From contig JAUPSS010000003.1 of NCBI GenBank assembly GCA_040285825.1, positions 1,054,001 to 1,118,000 of the forward strand: a DNA stretch of 64,000 nucleotides. Reading direction: 5' to 3'. A program made the translations under genes and the position numbers. How positions within the stretch are numbered: the first letter of the stretch is position 1; each line of letters opens with the position of its first letter. Below, in pieces: positions 36,493 through 48,271 of this stretch. Below the pieces are notes generated by a model, which saw only the letters and a list, made by a program, of their open reading frames with translations, was not told the origin of the DNA and did no database searches. This DNA comes from Eukaryota sp. TZLM1-RC. Its lineage: Eukaryota > Protista > Metamonada: BaSk clade.

Positions 36493-37598
36493 GTCGTAAA
36501 GCCAAAGTACTTTAACAACAAAAGACGCCGCCTTCAGGTCTCTGAGGTTTGTTACTTTGCTTACTGTTGTTTTTGATCTAACATAGACCCTGCATAATCA
36601 TCAACGAATCCATTCTTCGATTCCATGATACCTTTACTAAACGACACTACCACGTTTCTCGTTTACGAAAAAGGGAAGAAGCAGAGCATCTTTATGTAGC
36701 GAATAAAACATACACAACAAAGTATTCAAACACACAGATCTTGGAACGAGGCCCTTTCCAGTTATTGCTGACTACCTTATACTAACATTGTTCTGGGAGA
36801 GTCATAGTCCATCAATTGTCGATCTTCAAAATGTGAACCCAGTGTTTGTGTGAATCCCAATCACTACAAAGATAATTGTAGACAATAGAAAACAGTAGAA
36901 TTCAGTATTTAGTTCTTAGTATTTATAGTTATTTAGATATTTGTTATAGTTTTGTCTCATATTCATATAAGCTGATTTATTTTGAAAAAGGGAAGAAGCA
37001 GTGTTGGCGCCCTAAGGCTTATATGTTATGATCAGAAAATAAATTAACTTTTCCTCATTAGCTTTATCTTAACCACTTTTCCAACCTACGGCATCATTAA
37101 TCAATTATTATTAAAAGAAAAATGTATTTGTTCTTATTCACCACAGCTCAATTTACGTCATGCTCTTAATTGTTCGATATTGAAAACATATCGTTCTTCA
37201 TTACATGATGCTGCTAGAGACACTGTTTTTAATATGGTACAAACTGCAAGAATATCGTGTACCAAAGATCCTCTGCTGAAATGAACATTGTCATTGAATA
37301 ATTTCGGTTCTGTGACAGAGGTGATTTATACTGTCATTGGATTGAGAACTCTGAAGCTGTTGTTGATTTTGTCTCCTGTAATGGTGCAAATGACACTTTG
37401 GTTCAAAGAAGAAAACTTAATCCTGTATGTACTCTTGAATTTAAGAAAATCATAGAAAATATGACAAAGATATCGAAAAACTAATGTTGATAGAAATGGA
37501 CCATTTGTTTTTATTGCTTTCCCATTTTTCTATAAGCGGATGACTATCAGTAGAAGCAGGAACTTTTTTGAATGATTTCCAAAAACTGCTTCAAGAAA

Positions 37599-37862
37599 GA
37601 TTGAAGATTTCAGAAGTTTAATAAAAGAAAGAGCAAGAAAAGAATTGAACTTCAATTTCTGGCACAATAGAATTGTTTTTAGTATTCTTAAAGCAATTCC
37701 AGAAATGTTGACCAAAGCACTGTTACAATTAGGAACAGAGTATGAAAATCGCGCGCTGAAAAGATTTGATGATGTTGATGCGTGTATTGAGGATATTGAG
37801 TTCTAGTTTTTTGTTTAGTTATTTTGTTAGCGTTGAAAATAAATTTCAATTTATAAAAAAAA
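37599..37862 (+). mobile_element. 264-bp 5'-truncated family A insertion
   Basis: Near-identical to the reverse complement of 5745-6005; poly(A); 11-bp TSD GCTTCAAGAAA at 37588-37598 and 37863-37873. Confidence 0.9.
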
Positions 37863-38099
37863 GCTTCAAGAAAAAACAATGAATAGATTTGATGTCTTTT
37901 TATGGCGCTCTCGAATTCATTTTGTCATGATAGATTGCCACAGTTTTTTAATCGAATGAGAGAAGCTTCAGCAAGACAGCAAGCAGGTCAAGATTTCGTA
38001 GAGGAAATCTTGGTTCCATGAATTTCTTCCCTTTAGTTATGAGTATATTCTGTTAAGTGTGCAAGTTCAATAAATAGAACTATTATTTTTGATTTTGAA

Positions 38100-40310
38100 T
38101 ACCAGAAGAATTAAAAAGTTCTCGTTTGACTGCACTTGTCAAAAATTCAAAAATGGATGTTCGTCCTATTGCAGTCTCTGAGAGCTTACATAATATTTTT
38201 TCTGCGTGTTGCTTAAGCAGGTTCAATGAAAAAGCTAAAAAGATTTTATTACCCTTTCAATATGGTATAAATACTACAGATGGAGTCTCTTCAGCGATTT
38301 TTGCTACTGATGTCTTATTTCGTCAAAATGAATCCAATGTTTGCATGTCATTGGATTTTAGTAATGCTTTCAATTCGCTAAGTCGTCGCAGTATCCATGG
38401 TGCTCTATTGCAATATATGCCAGAATTAATACCATATTTTCAATCAACATATTGCACATATTCTAATTTACATTTTGGTAACAACATTTTGATTTCATCA
38501 AGTGGCGTAAAGCAAGGAGATCCGTTAGGACCTCTTTTTGTTTTGTTTGGCCATTCATCCTATTCTACTGCAAATTCAAGAGATGTTTCCTTCACTAAAA
38601 ATGATTGCATATATGGATGATGTTGTGCTGATTGGTGAATTAAATATTGTGAAAAAAAGCAACTGTATGTTTTAAAGAATTATTTACCAAAATTGGTCTC
38701 CGACTTAATTTACTTAAATGTGTTTTGTTATCGAATTCTCCAGTTTCCACAATAATTGATGATATTGAAATTCAAGCCAAATTATATTCAATTGATGCTA
38801 TTCGTCATTTGGGTTCGTTTTTAGGAAATAATGATGAAATTACCAAAAAATTGTTTGAAAAGTTGAACTCAATTTCTGACAAAATTGACCGAATGATGAA
38901 TTTAGATATAAAAAAACACATCAAATTTACCATTATAAGACTGTGTTTTAGTTCCAATTTTAATCATATATTTCGATCTACAAATCCTCTCGTCACTAGA
39001 CCTTTGGCTCAAAAAGTTTAATGAGTTACGTGCAAAAGTTCTGTCTCAATTACTGGGATGTAAAATGTTTCAAATTCCAGATCATGCTTACCTTAGTCCA
39101 CAATATGGTGGTTTAGGGTGGACGAAGGCTTCTATTCTTACCTCGTGTGCTTTTGTTGGTGGATGCAGAAATGCAATCTTTGAGTTCTCCGAAAGATTTG
39201 CAGATTGGGAAGATTTATTGATGACAACGCAAAGTTCCACTGTTTTTGCATTAAATGAAGAAATTTCAAGAATTGATGTAGAAAAATGGGGTCGATGTTT
39301 TCCCCAATCATTCAATGGCAATATTCCAGAAAAAATGTTTTAAATTTGAAGTACACTCTTCGAACATTACAGAAAAGATTGACTGGAATGTATGAAAAAG
39401 ATCTTTATAATAATATTTGCAGCTCGGCTGTTTTAAATCAAGATCTTCACTCATTGTTATTGGAAAAGGGTGTTTGTGAAAACAAGGTGTCAGATTCTTC
39501 ACTTTTTGTAACCATTGTACCACGAAGATTTGGATTGTGTGCTACTAATGAAGCATTTGTAACAAAAATGAGATTATATTTGAACATCCCCATTAACCAA
39601 TTATTATCAAAAGAAAAATGTATTTGTTCGAATTCACCTCAACTCACTTTGCGCCATGCTCTAAATTGCTCTAAATTGATAACTTATCGTTCTTCATTAC
39701 ATGATGCTGTTAGAGACACTGTTTTCAATATGGCACAAACTGCAAGGATATCGTGTATCAAAGAGCCCCTGCTGAAAGAAACACTTTCTCTGAATAATTT
39801 TGGTTCTGATGATAGAGGTGATGTATACTGTGATTGGATTGATAATTCTGAAGCTATTGTTGACTTTGTCTCATGTAATGTTGCAAACGATACTTTGGTT
39901 AACAGAAGAAAACTTAATCCTGTGGCTGCTCTGGATTTTAAAGCAAAAGAAAAACATAGAAAATATGATAAAGAAATTGAAGATGCAAATATCGATAGAA
40001 ATACACAGCTGGTTTTTATTGCTTTTCCATTTTCGATAAATGGAAGATTATCAGTTGAAGCAGAAACTTTTTTGGATGACTTCCAAAAAGTGGTGAAGGA
40101 AAAAACAATGAAAAGATTTGATATTTTTTTATGGCGTTCACGGATTCAATTTGCCATTATTAATAGATTACCGCGGTTTTTCAATCGAATTAGAGAAGCT
40201 TTAGCTAGACAGCAAGCAAATCAAGATTTTGTAGAGGAAATCTTGGTTTAATGATAGTCGTCCCATTAGTTATGATTTAATTTAATCAAGTGTGCAAATT
40301 CAATAAATTA
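38100..40310 (+). mobile_element. CRE-like LINE family C (C-terminus QDFVEEILV), 5'-truncated and frameshifted
   Basis: VRPIAV, LDFSNAFN, GVKQGDPLGP, YMDD, CIC..H..C, HDAVRD..KEP..RGD..D. Confidence 0.92.
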
Positions 40311-40332
40311 AAATATCAACTTTTGTCAACTG

Positions 40333-42540
40333 ATGTCTGATACGGAGCCCTACACAGGGCCTTCCTATGATCATTTCAAACTTACCACCATACCTTTACC
40401 TTACCTAGAGAATGTTGCAGTTGATTCTCGATATGAGGAAACAGATGTTCTTCCTGATGCGTCTCTCCTTGACCCTGATCTCATTGGATTCAATCCTGAA
40501 TCCACTTTAGTACAGAATCTCTCTCGAAAACGCAGACGAAACGTTATTTCAGAGGACAACCTTCTTCCTGAAGAAAAAATCCCTCGTTCAACTGACGATA
40601 ATGCTTCATCGAAGATGCCTATTCTTGATTCCAGTGGAAATCTTGTTACGACTCCTTCTCTACAACCAGATCTTTCAACCAACATGCAGGAGACCTCAGC
40701 ATCCATCAAAGAAATCCCTGAACCCATCAACGAGGAAGACCCGCAATATCTTTCAATTAAAAAACGCCAATCGAAGCAATTGATCACCAACTTTCTCAAC
40801 AATGCTCTGGCCTCTGAAGAGTTTCCTCTTACTTTAGTCACCCAGTTAGTTACTCTCAGTGACGACTCCCCTTCTGCCACGTGGATTCGTCAAAAGTCAA
40901 AGGAGATGACGTTCCGCATCACGTCGTCATGTTCCCTTACCCCAAGTGTTCGAATGCAGGCAATTGCAGCTGCTTCTACTGTCTTTTGTGATATGCTACC
41001 TGATTATAGAATAAGGTCTCTTACAGAAAAAGAAAAGTCTGTAGATAATATATCAAAAGACGTAATGAAAGAGCGAATGAGAAATGATGAATTATTGGCT
41101 ATCTATAAAAAGTTTATTTGTAATCTGGAAAAGCTGGTGATTAATGCTAAAAAGGCAAGTGATGGGGGCTTGATTGTTGCAGCCACGTCAGCATTAGGAA
41201 ATCTCCTGACTTCTAGGCCACAATTCAACTTCGTTGACCTTATCATCTCCATTCTGATCAAGGGATCTTCTATTTTCATCCGCAAACAATTTGGCGAACA
41301 ATTAGAAACTCAAATTAGGACAATTTCAGCCAATGCTCTTCAAACTGTCATTGAAGATGACTCATTAAGTCAATTAAGTCTTTCAATAGCCAGCAGAACA
41401 AACAAGTTAATTAAAAAGTCTATAAGTTCTGTTTCCACTGAACACTTGTCCATTTTTGAACATTTAAAGGTGAGCTCTGGTGAAGTGCCTTCTGCTGTGT
41501 GTAACCAACAGAGTGATGAACAAGCTCTGGTTAGTGCTAAGATGAGGAGGAAAAGAGAAAAGGAATTCAAGAAGTTACCAAAGCATCTAAGGCAAGCCAA
41601 GAAGGAACAGAAAGAGGTGGAAAAAGAAATAAATGACAAAGAAATGGTAAAAACTAGAAATAAGAAAAATACCATCAAAACCCAAATATTAAATTCTATA
41701 TTTGCAATTTATTTAAGAATTATCAAAACAAATGAACAACAGTCACTTGTACTTCGTCCTGTTGCTTTAAGAGGAATTGCTAATTTTGCCGAATTTCTTT
41801 CTGTTGACCTGTTGTTATCAATGTTAACTTCACTTAAAGAAATGATTTCAAACTCTGAAACCTCTCTTGAATCAGCTCTTCATGCAGCCACTGTAGTCAT
41901 TGTTTCATTAAAAGGACCAGCTGAGGCAATTAACTTTGAATTTACTGATTTCCATTCAGTTTTGTACAAGAGGCTTTTGGATCTAATGTTTCCTGAAAAT
42001 TATCAATTCACTGAACTTTATATTAGAGTACTCTCTGAGGTGTTGTCGCAGAAGAAAAAGGTATCAACTTCAAGAGCTGGTGCCTTCTTTAAACGTTTGG
42101 TCTCTCTCTCACTACACTTGCCAGCCCAACAAGCTCTTTACCTCGCAGTCCAGGCCAAGAAGCTCCTTCTTCAGTATCCCAGCTTGTCTTGTATAATGTC
42201 CACTGATCCTGAAGACCGAGCTGCTTCTGCTGTTTTTGATCCACTGGTGAGCAATCCTGATCAAGCAAACGGGTTAAATGCTTATTTAAATGAAATTGTT
42301 TTGTTTCCTTCACATTTTCACCCCACTGTTATGAATGTAGGGGAATTCTTGACAACATCTGCTGTTCCCAAGAATTTTTTGATTTCATCAGAAAAAGTGT
42401 TTGATCCAGAACCAAAGTATTCAAAGTTGAAGAGTGCAAAAAGAGATTCATTGGTTGAATTGCCTGATATATTCAATGGGGAAATCACACAAGAGTTGGT
42501 GGCTTCGTTGGAGACTCTAAATAAGTTTGTAGATTTATAG
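40333..42540 (+). CDS. NOC3: Nucleolar complex protein 3 (CBF/Mak21 family)
   Basis: VFCDMLPDYRIRSLTEKEK..SKDV, PQFNF, IFAIYLRIIK, RAGAFFKRL, HFHPTV. Confidence 0.9.
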   Translation: MSDTEPYTGPSYDHFKLTTIPLPYLENVAVDSRYEETDVLPDASLLDPDLIGFNPESTLVQNLSRKRRRNVISEDNLLPEEKIPRSTDDNASSKMPILDSSGNLVTTPSLQPDLSTNMQETSASIKEIPEPINEEDPQYLSIKKRQSKQLITNFLNNALASEEFPLTLVTQLVTLSDDSPSATWIRQKSKEMTFRITSSCSLTPSVRMQAIAAASTVFCDMLPDYRIRSLTEKEKSVDNISKDVMKERMRNDELLAIYKKFICNLEKLVINAKKASDGGLIVAATSALGNLLTSRPQFNFVDLIISILIKGSSIFIRKQFGEQLETQIRTISANALQTVIEDDSLSQLSLSIASRTNKLIKKSISSVSTEHLSIFEHLKVSSGEVPSAVCNQQSDEQALVSAKMRRKREKEFKKLPKHLRQAKKEQKEVEKEINDKEMVKTRNKKNTIKTQILNSIFAIYLRIIKTNEQQSLVLRPVALRGIANFAEFLSVDLLLSMLTSLKEMISNSETSLESALHAATVVIVSLKGPAEAINFEFTDFHSVLYKRLLDLMFPENYQFTELYIRVLSEVLSQKKKVSTSRAGAFFKRLVSLSLHLPAQQALYLAVQAKKLLLQYPSLSCIMSTDPEDRAASAVFDPLVSNPDQANGLNAYLNEIVLFPSHFHPTVMNVGEFLTTSAVPKNFLISSEKVFDPEPKYSKLKSAKRDSLVELPDIFNGEITQELVASLETLNKFVDL

Positions 42541-42633
42541 TTTTCCTTAGTTTTTGATAAATTAGTTTTTCAATTTGATTTGTTTTCAAGTCAAAGACAA
42601 TCAAAATCATCATAGATTCTCTTGTTCTTGGTC

Positions 42634-43323
42634 ATGCTACTCAACATGCTGTTGCATGTTTCAACATTGTTTTCTCTGATAGGTTTTACCTTGGCTGACT
42701 ATTCTGCTTATCCTCACTGTGAACTTTCTTCCTCAGGTCAACTTCCTCCCCCTGGATTTTGTGCTGGTCCCTTACATAGATCGAAACTTCTCCGTACAAA
42801 TCTCACGCTTACAAACGAAGGATGTCCGATCGATACGATTCCACATGTCAAGGACAGTAACCCATCCGCTGAATTTTCATGTCTTGAATGTGTGCCTGGA
42901 TCCGTTGGAAGTGACGATTCTCGTCATAACTGTGATATTGATGAATTTTGCACCGACAAAGGAAAATGTGCAAATGTCAAGGATCATCCTCTTTGGAATG
43001 CTGAATGTCCTTATGACACTGGCAACTCAAACGCAGAGTCCTTTTGTGGGGGTCTTCGCTGCATCAGACATCGATGTCTCAGCTGTCTTGAGGGAACCCG
43101 TACCAATGGTAGAGTCTGTATAAACTCAGTCTGGAGAAGAGAAGGTTGGGAAACTCTGTTCTACACACCAACTCTTTTGTTATTGTTAGTTTTGGTATTG
43201 GGACTCTATGCGATTTTACTTACTGTTATTGCTTTACGGAAGAGGTTTTCTGCTGTGGCTTCCCTGCTTGTGGGTGATTTAGATCATGAACCTCCAATAA
43301 TGGTAGGTTCAAAGTCCCTTTAA
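42634..43323 (+). CDS. Cysteine-rich single-pass membrane protein
   Basis: Signal-peptide-like N-terminus, Cys-rich ectodomain, hydrophobic C-terminal helix followed by RKR. Confidence 0.7.
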   Translation: MLLNMLLHVSTLFSLIGFTLADYSAYPHCELSSSGQLPPPGFCAGPLHRSKLLRTNLTLTNEGCPIDTIPHVKDSNPSAEFSCLECVPGSVGSDDSRHNCDIDEFCTDKGKCANVKDHPLWNAECPYDTGNSNAESFCGGLRCIRHRCLSCLEGTRTNGRVCINSVWRREGWETLFYTPTLLLLLVLVLGLYAILLTVIALRKRFSAVASLLVGDLDHEPPIMVGSKSL

Positions 43324-44416
43324 TTGTTCTTGTTTCAAATTATTTAAAACTCCTGTAATATATGTAAATCCGTTTGAATTCACTCAAAAACGCAAGACTA
43401 AATAAATCAATTCAAACAGTTGGAGTTTTTTGATAAATCTGTTAATCTCTAAAAATAGTGGAATTTCATGGTGTAGCTGGATCAAAATTGTCTAGTTTTT
43501 GTTTAATTGTTGAACTCAGTAAGTAGAACACTTTGTTTCATCCATATTGAAACCAATTACCAATGAACTCAGCCATTGTCGATCAACAGCTCAAATATTC
43601 AAATAAATTGAACAAGTGGAAACACAAGTATTGAAGAAAACTGCTGAATAATGACTTCACAAGTATGGAAAATTAGCTATAGTTGAATACATAGAAGATT
43701 CTTTAATAACAATAACTGGAACATTACTTCTTGTTTCCCTAAACACTTAAACTCTAGAAGGGTACTGTCTACTTGAAACTTTGATATGGAAAGCGCTTAA
43801 GTTTAATACACTTCTAAATGAATGCTTTTCATCCAGATGTTTGCAAACACTTTTTCATTAGAATGTGAAGCTCAGATAGGTTACTGTGTGAATATGTTAC
43901 TTGGTCATCAATACACAGTGGAAACCACAGATGTATAATCAGCCCATTAATTCAATTCCATCTTTTAATTCTTCCTCCATAAACCCCTGCTTTTCCAGAA
44001 GCTTGCTAATGACCATGGCTGTTGATGAACAATAGTATAACATGTATAACAAATCAATTGGTTCATTAAAATTGTGATTTTAGAAAGAATATGTCATACT
44101 AGGAAGATTGCAGATTTGTGTTATAAATCAACAACTGGGTGGCAACTGGATGGCAACTGGATGGCCCCAGAACATTAACAGAGTATTGACCCTCAAACAA
44201 TTTCTTTATCAAGTCTGTAAACGTTTAATTTTGATATATGCCAGGCGGTGTTTTCGTTAACCCTCTTCAAAAGCAGGCGGTAGATGCTGAGGAAATGGGT
44301 TCCATGCATGCATTACCTGCCTTTCAGCTCTCCATCGACAATTCTGTTTGTCAGCTTTCATCTTTTTTGATCCCAGCGCTCTGCGACTAAGGTTATGGTG
44401 AAGAAAATTGTCCTAT

Positions 44417-47400
44417 ATGGTGGTTTGTCCGTTGCATCGTCTCTTATCTCTAGGTATCTTTACGTTTATCTTAACTTCCATTCTTCTTACCATTCTTCTC
44501 TTTATTCCACAGTATCAGAGTGTTCATCATGTAGCAGACAGCATTGAATCCTTCAACTTTGCTCTCCTCATCGACGACATCCACTCAGACGATGATCGTC
44601 TAGCCAAACTAGACCTCACATTGTCCAATATCAAGGCAGATCACGACGTCAACATCTCACCTCTTCACTTCTCCTTCTCTGAGTCTCTCTCCCCAGTCGC
44701 TGTCAGTGGTGTTGTCTCCTCTATTACTGTTTCTAAGTTTCTCTTTAAACGGGAGATTCCCTCATTTAATGTTTACTTCAACTACACTTCAATCGGTGCT
44801 ATTTACACCGTAGTTAATGAAGTTGAAGACCTCGACCTCTCGGCACTTTCTATTTACGAAATTAGGAACTCCTCCGACAAGATCTTTATTATGGAATCTA
44901 TTGTTTACCCTATCGCAGACACTTTTGAAGTTGAGTGCCAGTATGTTGATTACACAACCACCCAGTCAGAAACGGAAACCCCCACATCACAAGTTTCTGA
45001 TCCTCATTACTATGTTTTTGAGCTAATTCACGGTGAAGAAATCGTCAACCACACCTTTGTCTCTCAGTTTGCTTTAAATAATTGGGGTAGGGTTGATTTA
45101 GCTGTTGAAGTTGTGAATAACTATGATTATGATAATGTATTAGTTGATGATTTACACTTTTTACTGTGGAGGTTTAGGTCTTTTGTCACGAGAACTGAAG
45201 GTATTCTTGCATATTTAGATCTCTCATTAAATATCTCCAGATTGGATGATTATGTCTTTGAAATTGTTTCTACGGTTGATGATGCTGTTTCTCTAGTCAC
45301 AGTTAGCGAACCAAGAGTGTCCTTTGTCATGACAAACTCATCATCATTGACGAATGCAGCCAATACAATCAAATCTTCTATTCCTTTATTTGTGGAGGTT
45401 AACGATGTGGATTCTGATACTGAACGGTTTGATTCATTATTGAACCATTTAAGCTCTCTCGTATCTAAGTTTGATGTAGCTTTAGACCTGGTGAACCTTG
45501 CTGATTATTATGCATTTGAAGTTACCATCTGCTCTGACCAATGTGAAGCAATTGAACTCTATCCTGATTATTACGAAAGAGCCAGCAACATTGTGTCCAG
45601 GGTAGTTGCTTTAATGACCTTTCCTACTTTGCAAATACCCTTGGAAATGAACCAAAGAGTTGCCGTGGAAAAGTATGTGAGTAGTTTTACGAAGGAAAAG
45701 GGTGTAATTGCTGAGGTTACTGAGGACGAAGGCTTTGAAGTTAAGCTTCATTTGAGAGACTATGAACAAGTTCTTAACCCTTCAGTTAATTTTAATGAAT
45801 TAGAATGCAATGAATTATTTGATACCTTTGAGTCACTAGTTACTCCGCACCTGGACACCGTCATTGAGATCCAAAGGTACACCAAACTTGGAAAGGAGCA
45901 AGGAATTATTGAGTTGATGCTTAATTACGTAAGACATTTAATTGTTGATTTCTCTGCTGAATATGATGAAGTGAACAACAGCTTCGATGTTACTGTCTCT
46001 TGCGGTGGTCTTTCCTCAACATTTACCTTTTATGATGTTGAATTCCAACTACCTCTGAGACACGGTGTTCAGGACGTTTATGCAAAGTTTGACACTTCTT
46101 TTGTAATCAAGTCTGATAATTTATATGGTTTTGGTCAGAACTTATGGGGAATGCTTGGTACAGGGGATAACGTCCGAAACTCGAACCCTGCAACCGTGAA
46201 TTTTGATAAGACCGTCACCAAGATTGTGAGTGGCCGTTACCATTCTCTTTTCCTTACTGACGAAGGTAAAGTTTTCACAGTTGGAGTGTTGTTTCATTCT
46301 CCTTATAATGGTGAAAGTTTCACGGAAGTTCCGGCTGAGGTTCCTGAATTATCTAATGTAATAGATCTAGCTGTGGGTTTAAACTTTTCCGTTGCAATTA
46401 CTAATGAAGGAGTTTATTCTTGGGGGTTTAATAAACATGGAGAATTGGGTATTGGAAACACTGAGAATTCTTTTGAAGTCAAGCTTAATATTCCTGGCGA
46501 TTTCACCTCCATTTCCACTACTCATTACCATGTGTTAGCTCTTGCTTCCAATGGCAACATCTACTCTTGGGGATTGAATGATGATGGTCAATTAGGGGAT
46601 GACTCGAGATATACGAGCTTTGAACCTGTTTTAGTTGAATCTGATGTAGTTTTTACATCAATTGCCGCTGGACATTACCATTCCCTTGCCATTTCTACTG
46701 ACAATGAAGTATATTCTTGGGGAAGGAACATTGAGTATCAGTTGGGAGACCTTGCTCCACCCAGTGTTCATGAAACAGCTGATGGACGTCGAGTACCAGC
46801 TAAGGTTCCTCTGACTGGTTCTTTTTCAATGGTTGCGGCAGGGTCGTGCCATTCCTTGGCCCTTGATGCTGATGGTGTTGTCTATTCTTGGGGATGCAAT
46901 CAATATGGTCAATTAGGCCATGGAGAAATTCAACATTTCCACCCTGTAGGATCACCTTCTCTAACATGCATTGATCACCTTTCGGCTGGTGCTTTTTCCA
47001 GCTCTTTTGTTACCATTATTGGAGAAGTGTTTACTGTTGGACTCAACGATGAGTTTCAGCTAGGCAGAGAGGACTGTGTTGTTTGTCTTGATCCAGTACA
47101 AAGTAGTCTGGAGTCCATTACTGAAACCTCTATGGGGTGGTATCATACTCTTTCTCTAACAACCAATGGTGACGTGGTTGGTGTGGGGAATCGCTATTAC
47201 GGAAAGTTGGGGTTACCTTTACTTGAAGATACCACTCCAGCTTTGGTTCCATTACGAAATATTGTTGAGGTGGCTGTTGGTGAACATCATGCACTCTATC
47301 TGAATGATAATGGCCAAGTCTATGCCAGTGGATACAACAAATATGGACAATTAGGAACAGGGGATTTTATTAATAGAAATAAGCCAGTCCTGATCCGATC

Positions 47401-48271
47401 CCTACCTCCGGTTAAGCAAATTGTTTGTGGTGCTCGTCATTCACTGGTCCTTACTACTGATGCTGAAGTAATGGCTTTTGGCGATAATAGCAGATACCAG
47501 TTGGGCGTTGGAGATGGTGTGGACGTATCTTCAATACCTTTGCTTATCACCTTTGGTGAAGAACGTGGGGATCGTGATGTTGTGGAGATTTTTTCTGGGT
47601 ACTTTCATTGTTTTGCTAGACTCTATGCCCATGTGGACTCCTCTAGACCTGCTGATTTGTTTGGTTGGGGTTGGAATTCTAAAGGACAGTTAGGATTGGA
47701 TGTACCTGAGTCAACAGATTGGACTGTTGATCAACCCACACCACATTTGGTTCGGCTATCTGGATCAAGAACTGCATTCACAAGAACTCTTTCAGCTGGT
47801 TTTGAGCAAACTGCTTTTTATGTTCGAGATCCCACTTATAGTCCAAATGCAGATAGATTCCTTACCGTAGGATCTAATGAATACACTCAGCTTTGTTTAT
47901 TTGAAGATGAAGATTATAGTTCTTTACCAGAAAATCATTGTGGAAATGCCAACAATCTTCACCGTTTTGCCAGTGGTGCGGATTTTTTCTTTCAGCACAT
48001 TGGGGTTACTATCAATGGGATGGGTAATAACAACAAGGGACAGTTAGCTATGGGCCATACTAACCCTGTTAGTCGAAGACAGTTAAATGAAGCTGTTGGA
48101 AACATTGATAACAACGATAATATGTATTTTACCCTTGGTAATGCACATGGATTTATCATGTGGCGTAATGGTAGTATATCTTCTTGGGGAGATAATTCAT
48201 GGGGACAAGCAGCTCCTAGACCCCATCATGATAATAGTGTTTGGGCTAGGGTTGGTTATCATTTGCGTTAA
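44417..48271 (+). CDS. Membrane-anchored RCC1-repeat protein
   Basis: N-terminal hydrophobic helix; more than ten HxL..GxVYSWGxNxxGQLG repeats. Confidence 0.9.
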   Translation: MVVCPLHRLLSLGIFTFILTSILLTILLFIPQYQSVHHVADSIESFNFALLIDDIHSDDDRLAKLDLTLSNIKADHDVNISPLHFSFSESLSPVAVSGVVSSITVSKFLFKREIPSFNVYFNYTSIGAIYTVVNEVEDLDLSALSIYEIRNSSDKIFIMESIVYPIADTFEVECQYVDYTTTQSETETPTSQVSDPHYYVFELIHGEEIVNHTFVSQFALNNWGRVDLAVEVVNNYDYDNVLVDDLHFLLWRFRSFVTRTEGILAYLDLSLNISRLDDYVFEIVSTVDDAVSLVTVSEPRVSFVMTNSSSLTNAANTIKSSIPLFVEVNDVDSDTERFDSLLNHLSSLVSKFDVALDLVNLADYYAFEVTICSDQCEAIELYPDYYERASNIVSRVVALMTFPTLQIPLEMNQRVAVEKYVSSFTKEKGVIAEVTEDEGFEVKLHLRDYEQVLNPSVNFNELECNELFDTFESLVTPHLDTVIEIQRYTKLGKEQGIIELMLNYVRHLIVDFSAEYDEVNNSFDVTVSCGGLSSTFTFYDVEFQLPLRHGVQDVYAKFDTSFVIKSDNLYGFGQNLWGMLGTGDNVRNSNPATVNFDKTVTKIVSGRYHSLFLTDEGKVFTVGVLFHSPYNGESFTEVPAEVPELSNVIDLAVGLNFSVAITNEGVYSWGFNKHGELGIGNTENSFEVKLNIPGDFTSISTTHYHVLALASNGNIYSWGLNDDGQLGDDSRYTSFEPVLVESDVVFTSIAAGHYHSLAISTDNEVYSWGRNIEYQLGDLAPPSVHETADGRRVPAKVPLTGSFSMVAAGSCHSLALDADGVVYSWGCNQYGQLGHGEIQHFHPVGSPSLTCIDHLSAGAFSSSFVTIIGEVFTVGLNDEFQLGREDCVVCLDPVQSSLESITETSMGWYHTLSLTTNGDVVGVGNRYYGKLGLPLLEDTTPALVPLRNIVEVAVGEHHALYLNDNGQVYASGYNKYGQLGTGDFINRNKPVLIRSLPPVKQIVCGARHSLVLTTDAEVMAFGDNSRYQLGVGDGVDVSSIPLLITFGEERGDRDVVEIFSGYFHCFARLYAHVDSSRPADLFGWGWNSKGQLGLDVPESTDWTVDQPTPHLVRLSGSRTAFTRTLSAGFEQTAFYVRDPTYSPNADRFLTVGSNEYTQLCLFEDEDYSSLPENHCGNANNLHRFASGADFFFQHIGVTINGMGNNNKGQLAMGHTNPVSRRQLNEAVGNIDNNDNMYFTLGNAHGFIMWRNGSISSWGDNSWGQAAPRPHHDNSVWARVGYHLR

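Larger units (their letters stand above)
32937..37096 (+). mobile_element. Tandem non-autonomous LTR element (TRIM-like): LTR-internal-LTR-internal-LTR
   Basis: 95-bp TG..CA LTRs at 32937-33031, 34964-35058 and 37002-37096; TGG-initiated PBS-like site after LTR; PPT GAAAAAGGGAAGAAGCAG before LTR; 4-bp TSD TTAA. Confidence 0.92.
32010..38075 (+). mobile_element. CRE-like family C copy split by the TRIM array and a family A insertion
   Basis: 32010-32936, 37101-37598 and 37874-38075 are colinear with 38270-40310. Confidence 0.85.

Noticed and set aside
43330-44130. Possible minus-strand LRR pseudogene
   Set aside because: Too decayed to support a call by eye
44133-44164. Three 11-bp CAACTGG(G/A)TGG repeats
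   Set aside because: Short isolated minisatellite with no supporting context
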